A stretch of DNA of 46,449 nucleotides. Origin: Polyangiaceae bacterium. GTDB lineage: Bacteria; Myxococcota_A; Polyangia; Polyangiales; Polyangiaceae. Made by a program: the position numbers and the translations under genes. Of this stretch, positions 40,301 to 46,449 are shown in pieces. Location: assembly GCA_035063585.1 (NCBI GenBank), contig JAPSGB010000036.1, positions 1 to 46,449 on the forward strand. Reading direction: 5' to 3'. Each line of letters begins with the position of its first letter. Position 1 is the stretch's first letter. Below the pieces are notes generated by a model. It did no database searches, had not been told where the DNA came from, and saw only the letters and a list, made by a program, of their open reading frames with translations.

Positions 40301-40953
40301 TGAACGACGGTCGCGCGTACGCCGCGTTCACCTACAACCATGATCGCCTCGTGCCCTGGCGGACGCTCACCGGACGCCAGCACTTCTACTTGGATCATGA
40401 GTTTTACATCGACTACGGCGAGCACCTCCCGACCTACAAGCCCTCGCCCCGACCGGCCGCCTACGGCGATCTGAAGCAGACGCTCGAGGGTGGCGAGGCC
40501 CTCGCGCTGAACTGCCTCACTCCGCACGGCAAGTGGCACATCCACTCGACCTACATGGAAAACCACCGCATGCTCACCCTCTCACGAGGCTGTGAGCCCT
40601 GCTGGATGAGCGAGACCGACGCGGCCGCGCTCGGTATCCAAGACAACGACTGGGTCGAGGTCCATAACGATCACGGCGTGTTCTGCACCCGCGCCTGCGT
40701 GAGCGCGCGTATCCCCCGGGGAGTGTGCATCGTCTACCACGTGCCGGAGCGGACGGTCGGGATCCCGAAGTCGCAAATTCGCGGTGGCAGGCGCGGAGGC
40801 GGGCACAACAGCTTCACCCGCATTCACCTGAAGCCGAACTACCTGAGCGGCGGCTACGGCCAGTTCAGCTACCACTTCAACTACTGGGGCCCCATCGCTC
40901 CCCAGCGAGACACTCACGTCATCGTCAAGAAGATGACCGACGTCGTCTTCTGA
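37336..40953 (+). CDS. narG: Respiratory nitrate reductase alpha subunit
   Basis: [12 protein letters not shown]...EPRGC (FS0 cluster), [20 protein letters not shown] (Mo-ligand Asp), [17 protein letters not shown]; no Tat signal. Confidence 0.96.
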   Translation: MSWIQDIISPKTRQWEEFYRNRFQHDRIVRSTHGVNCTGGCSWQVHVKDGIVVWETQQLDYPLLENSLPPYEPRGCQRGISYSWYLYSPLRIKYPLIRGALIDAFEREKANARGDVVLAWENLQKDPKKRAAYQNARGKGGFRRASWDTVLEIMAAANISTARKYGPDRVFGFSPIPAMSMLSYASGARFLQLFGGVNLSFYDWYCDLPTAFPEIWGEQTDVCESADWYNAKMIADMGACLNMTRTPDCHFFAEARHNGTKAVVFAPDFSQVSKYADQWVPLHAGSDGAFWMAVSHVILKEFHHDKPTPYFLDYVRKYTDSPFLVKLEKTGDHYRPGRLIRAKELEQYRDIENGDWKFLNIDEASGSLVVPKGSVGHRWDKAQGNWNMKLESTVDGAPYEPLLTLLGKSDETLSTEFTDFGLDKTALRHVPVRYLETTEGKVPVATVYDLIMAQYGVGRGLPGDYPKDYSAENAAYTPAWQEILTGIGQKTLLQFAREWANTASATQGKCMIIIGAGINHWYHANLMYRAGAMALMLTGCVGKNGGGLNHYVGQEKLAPVDSWSAIAFAKDWQGPSRLQQAPIWHYLNTCQYRYDGQFSRYNAVPKNERTAQHTADTIYQSVRMGWMPYYPQFDQNPLELADEASKHGAKDDASTIDYVVKKLKEKTLGYSVGDPDGEENFPRVWYIWRGNALLASMKGHEYALKHYLGTHSNTIGKDADEHTEEVKWHDVAPVGKMDLVVDLNFRMDSSALYSDIVLPAASWYEKADLNTTDLHSFIHPLSPAVAPVWESKSDWDIFKLVAKATSELAKTHFPGVHRDIVASPLSHDTADEITQPEVKDWYRGECEPIPGKTMHKLAVVERDYTKLYEKYIAFGDRVRTSGLGAHGNHYECADAYDEMVSSYHFPTETVDGKTYPSLRDDNLAANVLLHMSTLTNGELNVRAYEYMEKKTGLPLADLGEGSADVHITYEELQAQPRRYNTSPVWSGLMNDGRAYAAFTYNHDRLVPWRTLTGRQHFYLDHEFYIDYGEHLPTYKPSPRPAAYGDLKQTLEGGEALALNCLTPHGKWHIHSTYMENHRMLTLSRGCEPCWMSETDAAALGIQDNDWVEVHNDHGVFCTRACVSARIPRGVCIVYHVPERTVGIPKSQIRGGRRGGGHNSFTRIHLKPNYLSGGYGQFSYHFNYWGPIAPQRDTHVIVKKMTDVVF

Positions 40954-40968
40954 GAAAGGGTGAACGAC

Positions 40969-42519
40969 ATGGATATTCGCGCGCAAATCTCGATGGTCTT
41001 TCACCTCGACAAATGCATCGGGTGCCACACCTGCTCGGTCGCCTGCAAGAACATCTGGACGGACCGAAAAGGTGCCGAGTACATGTGGTGGAACAACGTG
41101 GAGACGAAGCCCGGCACGGGCTACCCCACGAAATGGGAGGACCAGGACATCTACCAGGGTGGCTGGCGGCGCGACGCGGCGGGGCGCATCCAGCTCCGCG
41201 GCGCGGGCCATCCGAAGAGCCTCACCAACATCTTCCACAACCCCTACCTCCCTACCGTCGACGACTACTACGAGCCGTTCACCTACGACTACCTGAACCT
41301 CATCGAGGCTCCCGCCGGCAACGACCAGCCGACCGCCCGCCCCGTCTCGCTCATCACCGGCGAGCCGATGGATGTGAAGATGGGGCCGAACTGGGACGAC
41401 GATCTCAGCGGCACGCCTGACTTCGCGCGGCGCGACCCCAACCTCGAGAAGCTCTCGCCAGCCGAGCAGGAGGCCATGTTCCAGCTCGAGCGGATGGCGT
41501 TCTTCTATCTGCCCCGCATCTGCAACCACTGCCTCAACCCGGCCTGCGTGGCGAGCTGTCCGTCGGGGGCCATCTACAAGCGTGGAGAGGACGGCATCGT
41601 CCTCATCAACCAGAAGGTGTGCCGAGCCTGGCGTATGTGCGTGACGGCCTGCCCGTACAAGAAGTCGTACTTCAACTGGCACACCGGAAAATCGGAGAAA
41701 TGCATCCTCTGCTTCCCGCGCCTCGAGGCCGGGTACGCGCCGGCGTGCATGCACTCGTGCGTCGGGCGCATCCGTTATCTCGGCGTCATCTTGTACGACG
41801 CCGACCGCATCGAGGCGGCGGCCTCCGCCAGCGACAAGGACCTGGTCGAGAAGCAGCTCGACATCCTCATGAACCCCTTCGACGAGGAGGTCATCGCGGC
41901 TGCCAAGGCGAACGGTATCCCGGACTCGACCATCAAGGCCGCGCAGAACTCCCCGACCTACAAGTTCATCAAGGAGTGGCGGATGGCGCTCCCGCTCCAT
42001 CCCGAGTTCCGCACCCTTCCGATGCTCTGGTACGTCCCCCCGCTGCTCCCGGTCATGGCGTCGGTGAGCGAGCCGGGCAGCGCCCAGGAAGACAAGCTTC
42101 ACCCGATCGCGAAGCGGTGGAACGAGAGCTGGCTCTACGACACGACGACCGAAGAGCTCTGGGGCAACGTCGAGCAGGCGCGCGTCCCGCTAGAGTACCT
42201 GGCGAGCCTCTTTTCGGCTGGCGACACCAGCCTGGTCGCCGACAAGCTCAAGAAGCTGATGGCGGTCCGCATCTATCGCCGCTGGAAGACGGTCGGGGAC
42301 GTGACCGAGGCGAAGATGACCGAGACGCTCCGCGACGCGGGCCTCACCCAGGAGTCGGCCGAGGCGGCCTTCTACCTGACCGCGCTCGCGAAGTTCAACG
42401 ACCGCTTCGTGGTGCCGCCGGCGCACCGCGAGCAGGCCATGGAGATGGTCGAGTTCACGGGCGACGTGAAGGGCTCCACCGGTTTCGGGTTCCGTGAGCG
42501 GCCCGCACGAGGGATGTGA
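40969..42519 (+). CDS. narH: Respiratory nitrate reductase beta subunit
   Basis: LDKCIGCHTCSVACK, PRICNHCLNPACVASCPSG, CRAWRMCVTACPY, KCILC...CMHSCVGRIR. Start is ATG 40969 (or GTG 40960). Confidence 0.96.
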   Translation: MDIRAQISMVFHLDKCIGCHTCSVACKNIWTDRKGAEYMWWNNVETKPGTGYPTKWEDQDIYQGGWRRDAAGRIQLRGAGHPKSLTNIFHNPYLPTVDDYYEPFTYDYLNLIEAPAGNDQPTARPVSLITGEPMDVKMGPNWDDDLSGTPDFARRDPNLEKLSPAEQEAMFQLERMAFFYLPRICNHCLNPACVASCPSGAIYKRGEDGIVLINQKVCRAWRMCVTACPYKKSYFNWHTGKSEKCILCFPRLEAGYAPACMHSCVGRIRYLGVILYDADRIEAAASASDKDLVEKQLDILMNPFDEEVIAAAKANGIPDSTIKAAQNSPTYKFIKEWRMALPLHPEFRTLPMLWYVPPLLPVMASVSEPGSAQEDKLHPIAKRWNESWLYDTTTEELWGNVEQARVPLEYLASLFSAGDTSLVADKLKKLMAVRIYRRWKTVGDVTEAKMTETLRDAGLTQESAEAAFYLTALAKFNDRFVVPPAHREQAMEMVEFTGDVKGSTGFGFRERPARGM

Positions 42520-42520
42520 G

Positions 42521-43201
42521 ATGAACGCCAGCGTCTACGATGCCATCGCGGCTGCGCTCGCGTTCCCCGGCCCTTCCTTCGAGAAGGAGCTGCGTCGCAT
42601 CGTCTCGCTCCTCGAGGACGCCTGCCCGGAGGCCGCCGAGAGGCTCGAGAAGTTCGAGCGGCTCTTGCCGAAAGGCGACGTCATCGCGCAGCAGGAGCTA
42701 CACACGCGCACCTTCGACGTGCAGCCCATCACCTCGCTCGACATCGGCTACACGCTCTTCGGCGAGGACTACAAGCGGGGCGCGGTCCTCGCCAACCTCG
42801 CCAATGAGCATGTCCGCGCCGGCAACGACTGCGGCATGGAGCTCGGGGACCACCTCACCAACGTGCTCCGGCTCCTCCCGAAGCTGACCGACGACGAGCT
42901 CCGCGGCGAGCTCGTCGAGGTGCTGGTCGGGCCCGCGCTCCGCGAGATGATTCGGGAGTTCGAGACCGGGCGGCTCACCAAGAAGGAAGAGATCTACCGG
43001 AAGCACCACAAGACGGTCCTCGAGGCCGCCGACGGTGATCGGCGAACCGCCTATCGCTTCGTGCTGGAGGCCGTGCTCGAGGTGCTCCGCCGCGACTTCT
43101 CGGTGGGCCGCGGGCTCCCCCTCCACGACGACTCCAAGTTCGCCGCCTCGGTCGGGGCGGAACTCACCATCGAGAACAGCGGCCCGCACGCCGCGAAATG
43201 A
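42521..43201 (+). CDS. narJ: Nitrate reductase molybdenum cofactor assembly chaperone
   Basis: QELHTRTFD, LFGEDYKRG and ELGDHL (TorD/NarJ motif); lies between narH and narI. Confidence 0.9.
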   Translation: MNASVYDAIAAALAFPGPSFEKELRRIVSLLEDACPEAAERLEKFERLLPKGDVIAQQELHTRTFDVQPITSLDIGYTLFGEDYKRGAVLANLANEHVRAGNDCGMELGDHLTNVLRLLPKLTDDELRGELVEVLVGPALREMIREFETGRLTKKEEIYRKHHKTVLEAADGDRRTAYRFVLEAVLEVLRRDFSVGRGLPLHDDSKFAASVGAELTIENSGPHAAK

Positions 43202-43212
43202 GAGGCTAGACG

Positions 43213-43941
43213 ATGACCTTGCCGAGTGAGCTCATCTTCATCGGGCTGCCCTACGCGGCCATGTTCAGCTTCTTCGTCGGTACCATTTCGCGGTACCGCT
43301 CGAAGGGCTTCAAGGTCTCGAGCTTGTCCTCCCAGTTCCTCGAGGGGAAAAAGCTCTTCTGGGGCTCGGTGCCCTTCCACATCGGGATCCTGATGGTCTT
43401 CTTCGGGCACTTGACCGCCTTCCTCATCCCACGCGCGATCCTCGCGTGGAACGGAGACCCGCTCCGCCTCATCATCCTCCAGATCACCGCATTCAGCTTC
43501 GGCCTCTGCATCCTGGTGGGCCTCGCGGGGCTCATCGTCCGCCGCTTCACCAATCGTCGCGTGCGGATCGTCACCACCAAGATGGACGTCTTCCTCGAGC
43601 TGCTCCTCCTCTGGCAGGTCATCCTCGGGCTCTATACGGCGTACAGCTACCGGTGGGGCTCCTCCTGGTTCGCCTCCGATCTCTCTCCCTACCTCTGGTC
43701 GCTCTTCAAGGGGAGCCCCGACATCGCCGCGGTGAGCGCGCTCCCGCTCGGCATCCGGCTCCACATCATGACCGCGTTCATCATCTTCGGGATCTTCCCG
43801 TTCACGCGGCTGGTCCACATCCTGGTCGCACCGCTCCACTACATCGGGCGCCCCTACCAGCGGGTAATATGGAACTACGACCGCAAAGCGATCCGAAACC
43901 CCGAGACCCCGTGGTCGCCCACCCGGCCCAAGAACACCTGA
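43213..43941 (+). CDS. narI: Respiratory nitrate reductase gamma subunit (cytochrome b)
   Basis: SSLSSQFLE, FHIGIL...GH and LH...FPFTRLVH give four haem b His residues; five TMs. Confidence 0.94.
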   Translation: MTLPSELIFIGLPYAAMFSFFVGTISRYRSKGFKVSSLSSQFLEGKKLFWGSVPFHIGILMVFFGHLTAFLIPRAILAWNGDPLRLIILQITAFSFGLCILVGLAGLIVRRFTNRRVRIVTTKMDVFLELLLLWQVILGLYTAYSYRWGSSWFASDLSPYLWSLFKGSPDIAAVSALPLGIRLHIMTAFIIFGIFPFTRLVHILVAPLHYIGRPYQRVIWNYDRKAIRNPETPWSPTRPKNT

Positions 43942-43954
43942 GAGGAGCGCGCCC

Positions 43955-44623
43955 ATGGAACGGCAGAGCTTGAAGATCATCGACCCCGTGGAGCGACAGC
44001 CCGAGGAGGGCTTCGGTCAAGACGGAATGAGCCCGATGGATCCGCCGGAGGCCTACGAGCCGCCCGGCACCGAGAAGATCGCGCTCGAGGATCTCCACCC
44101 CTTCCTTCGTGATCTCACCGATGATCACGCGCGCCTCGAGGCGCAGCTCGAGCTCCTCGAGACGGCGCTCCTCGCCGTCAAGGAGTCCGGCTTCACGCGC
44201 GAGGCAGACCACGCGGTGATGCGCTTCCTCTCGTTCTTCGATCACGAGTTCATCCCGCACAGCCAGCTCGAGGAGGCCGCGCTCTTCCCGCTCCTCAAGG
44301 AGCGGCTGATCGCCGACGGCGAGCACAGCCAGGGCGGCGAGAAGGTGACGACCGGCGTGGACGTCATGCTGCGCGAGCATCTGAAATCGGTGCAGAGCGC
44401 CGCGGTGGTGTTGAACCTCCTCCGGCTCGGGAGCGTGCTCCCGGACCAGCGCTCGGCGTTCATCGTCATCGACGCCGCGCTCAAGGAAGCCGAGAACCTC
44501 ATCGAGCTCCTCCGCCTCCACATGTTCCGTGAGGACAACATCGTGTTCGGCCAGGCCCAGCGGCTGCTCTCGAGCCCGGAGCTCGACGCCATGCCGCGGC
44601 CGAAGCGACCGCACCCACACTGA
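43955..44623 (+). CDS. Hemerythrin-like (HHE) di-iron protein
   Basis: DDH, HSQLEEAALFP, MLREH, HMFREDNIVF motifs; AGGAG RBS; 13 nt after narI. Confidence 0.85.
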   Translation: MERQSLKIIDPVERQPEEGFGQDGMSPMDPPEAYEPPGTEKIALEDLHPFLRDLTDDHARLEAQLELLETALLAVKESGFTREADHAVMRFLSFFDHEFIPHSQLEEAALFPLLKERLIADGEHSQGGEKVTTGVDVMLREHLKSVQSAAVVLNLLRLGSVLPDQRSAFIVIDAALKEAENLIELLRLHMFREDNIVFGQAQRLLSSPELDAMPRPKRPHPH

Positions 44624-44760
44624 GCTGGTTCGAGAGACCGCTCGGCGCCCTCACCCCGAGCTTCCGCGCCGCGGCGACCCCATCCTGGAGCAGGAGCTTC
44701 TGTCGGTGCGGCGTGGCCGGCGGCCGCGGCGGTTCGACGGCGCGGGCGCTCGGGCGCGCG

Positions 44761-44793
44761 CGCTATCCGGCTGGCGCGTGCCGCCGGATAGCG
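44761..44793. terminator. Hairpin between convergent nar operon end and lipoprotein gene
   Basis: CGCTATCCGGC-N11-GCCGGATAGCG, perfect 11-bp stem; no U-tract. Confidence 0.5.
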
Positions 44794-44827
44794 TCGAACC
44801 GCCGGCGCGCGCTCGAGCGGGGCTCCC

Positions 44828-45607
44828 TCATTTACAGGCGGACGCGCCGCAGTACGCCACGCACGCGTCGCGCTGACCCGAGCTGCAGGCTCGCGCGAGC
44901 GCCGCGTCGCGCGCCCGCATCTGCTCGAGCGCCTGGGTGTCGCCGCTGTCGTCGCCGGAGCCCGGCGCGCTCGCGCGGTACGAGCCGCCACCCTTCTTGC
45001 CGTAGCCCACGCCCCAGTCGGAGCCGTCACACTTCGGGCCTTGCCCGAGGGCGATGTGAAGCGGCTTGCTCGCCGAGGGCGGCCAGCTCACGAAGAGCGA
45101 CGCGCGGTCGCTCTCGCGGCAGATGCGGATCTTCTGGTTTTCACCCGATTTCAGGCGGATGACGAACGACGCGTACTTCCCGGCGACGATCTTCTCGTAA
45201 TAGTCGGCCCCGAGCGTTCCGAAGTCCTCCTTCTTCTCGTAGCCGATCACGCTCCCGGTGCAGTAGATGTTGAGCCACTCGCGGAGGACCATCATCGTGC
45301 AGCGCTTGGCGCGCGCGCCGGCGCCCTGGGTGTTGACGGCGACTCCCTGATCCCACTCTCCGCCCTGCGGAGGGTTCGAGCGGCCGCTCGGGATCTCCGG
45401 CACGGCGCCGATCTCGAAGCTCGGCGGAGCGGCCGGCGCGACCGGCTGCGTCGCGGTGGGAGCGGCCGCCGGCTCGGCCGGAGACGCGGCGGCGCCGGGC
45501 GTCTCCGGCGTCGGTCTCGTTTCGGCCGAGCTCGACGTCTCCTTCTGCTTGCAAGCGAGCAGCGCCAACACGACGGCCCCGGTCCCAACCATGATTGTTT
45601 GTCGCAT
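44828..45607 (-). CDS. Hypothetical lipoprotein
   Basis: LLAC lipobox, P/A/T linker, Cys-containing globular domain, C-terminal C-x6-C-x3-C-x4-C. Confidence 0.75.
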   Translation of the reverse strand: MRQTIMVGTGAVVLALLACKQKETSSSAETRPTPETPGAAASPAEPAAAPTATQPVAPAAPPSFEIGAVPEIPSGRSNPPQGGEWDQGVAVNTQGAGARAKRCTMMVLREWLNIYCTGSVIGYEKKEDFGTLGADYYEKIVAGKYASFVIRLKSGENQKIRICRESDRASLFVSWPPSASKPLHIALGQGPKCDGSDWGVGYGKKGGGSYRASAPGSGDDSGDTQALEQMRARDAALARACSSGQRDACVAYCGASACK

Positions 45608-45647
45608 TCTACGTTCCCCTTGTTTGCCGAGCGGGCGCGGCGCCCGC

Positions 45648-46448
45648 TCACTTCTCGATCGAGACGTCGTCGATGTACCAACCGGGCGCCGTGCCCTGCC
45701 GGGAGCTCTCCGCGCTCGTGGTCTTGCTGCTGACTCCGGACGACCAGACGAAGCGCGCGCGGAACGTCGCGGTTCGGAGCGCCGGCGGGATCGGGATCTC
45801 GACGCGCTCCCATCCGCCGCTCGTGCCGACGAAGCCGCTCAGGCCGTTCACGTGGAAGCTCGTCGACTTCAGGCACGCGTAGGAGGCGCCCATGTCCGGG
45901 TTGATGGCGAGCGTCCCGTTACCGCTCGAGGTCGCCGTCCAGGTGGACCCGCCGTCCCCCGACAGCTCGACCGCGCCACCGTCCGCGTAGGGGCGCCCAC
46001 CGTACGAGCCCTGCCAGAAGCTGTGAAAGTGCCAGAAGACGAGCTTCAGGTCGGTCCCGGCGCACGCGCTGAGATCGATCGCCCTCGAGGCGAGCGCGGC
46101 CCGGCTGCACTGGGCGTAGTTCTTGTTCAGGTTCGTGCCGAAGCAGGCCGAGCCGCCGTGACAACCGCCTGGCGCGAGCGAGGTCGCGCCGACGGCCCAC
46201 TCGTCGAACGGCCACGAACCCGAGACGCCGTCGAGCGCGGCGTGCGTGAACCCGCTCGCTCCGCTCTCGAAGCCGGCCGCCAGCCCTCCGAGGGCGTCGC
46301 TGCACGCGTCGGTCCCACCACCGCCAGAGCCGCCGGTGCCCGAGACGCCGCCGGTGCCCGAGACGCCGCCGGTGCCCGAGACGCCGCCGGTGCCCGAGAC
46401 GCCGCCGGTGCCCGAGACGCCGCCGGTGCCCGAGACGCCGCCGGTGCC
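45648..46448 (-). CDS. 5'-partial secreted protein: Gly-rich linker plus MAM-like beta-sandwich domain
   Basis: Frame is open from the window end: (GTGGVS)n...FESGASGF...IDLSAC...ELSGDGGSTW...PGWYIDDVSIEK. The track shows only the last 81 aa. Confidence 0.82.
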   Translation of the reverse strand, partial: GTGGVSGTGGVSGTGGVSGTGGVSGTGGVSGTGGVSGTGGSGGGGTDACSDALGGLAAGFESGASGFTHAALDGVSGSWPFDEWAVGATSLAPGGCHGGSACFGTNLNKNYAQCSRAALASRAIDLSACAGTDLKLVFWHFHSFWQGSYGGRPYADGGAVELSGDGGSTWTATSSGNGTLAINPDMGASYACLKSTSFHVNGLSGFVGTSGGWERVEIPIPPALRTATFRARFVWSSGVSSKTTSAESSRQGTAPGWYIDDVSIEK

Positions 46449-46449
46449 C
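46329..46449 (-). repeat. Perfect 18-bp coding tandem repeat (GTGGVS), at least 6.7 copies, runs off the window
   Basis: gccgccggtgcccgagac repeated without mismatch. Confidence 0.93.

Noticed and set aside
37336..40953. NarG as periplasmic Nar, nitrite oxidoreductase or perchlorate reductase
   Set aside because: No twin-arginine signal, and narJ/narI are present; cytoplasmic-facing Nar is the simplest reading. A phylogeny is needed to exclude Nxr formally.
36273..44623. nar region as a mobile genomic island
   Set aside because: No integrase, transposase, tRNA or flanking direct repeats; GC3 stays high, so the lower GC may reflect amino-acid composition.
45648..45893. 81-aa ORF as a complete small gene or pseudogene
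   Set aside because: The frame stays open to the window end; it is the C-terminus of a longer gene.
46329..46449. Tandem arrays as possible CRISPR repeats
   Set aside because: No spacers, unit lengths are multiples of 3 within coding linkers, and no cas genes are present.

Overview
Very GC-rich bacterial DNA (roughly 75% by eye, lower in the nar genes). A MYXO-CTERM protein, Cys-rich lipoproteins with Gly-rich linkers and a Hanks kinase point to Myxococcota, probably Polyangiaceae (inference). About 38 real CDSs are supported; most other ORFs in the track are GC3 shadow frames. In order: a partial TPR-kinase-pseudokinase gene coupled to a lipase; a stand-alone PDZ lipoprotein; a DUF4395-thioredoxin fusion whose promoter lies under a perfect 30-bp palindrome; a MYXO-CTERM Cys-rich protein; a panB-panC-tmk operon; a ~14.5-kb cluster of unknown function (coiled-coil membrane protein, MoxR AAA+, membrane GATase-like protein, ABC ATPase and permease, DUF58, DUF1415, two VWA proteins), the best candidate for an uncharacterised envelope machine; orphan oppD/oppF; a ybjQ/Cys-His membrane protein/Cys-less DJ-1 operon; secreted lipoproteins; a sigma54 two-component pair split by a cation:proton antiporter; mscS; and a respiratory nitrate reductase operon (dihaem cytochrome c-narGHJI-hemerythrin). 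Non-coding signals include several leaderless-type -10 promoters, a dispersed GC-rich intergenic repeat and an AT-rich palindrome hidden in oppF codons. No rRNA, tRNA, CRISPR array or mobile element was seen.
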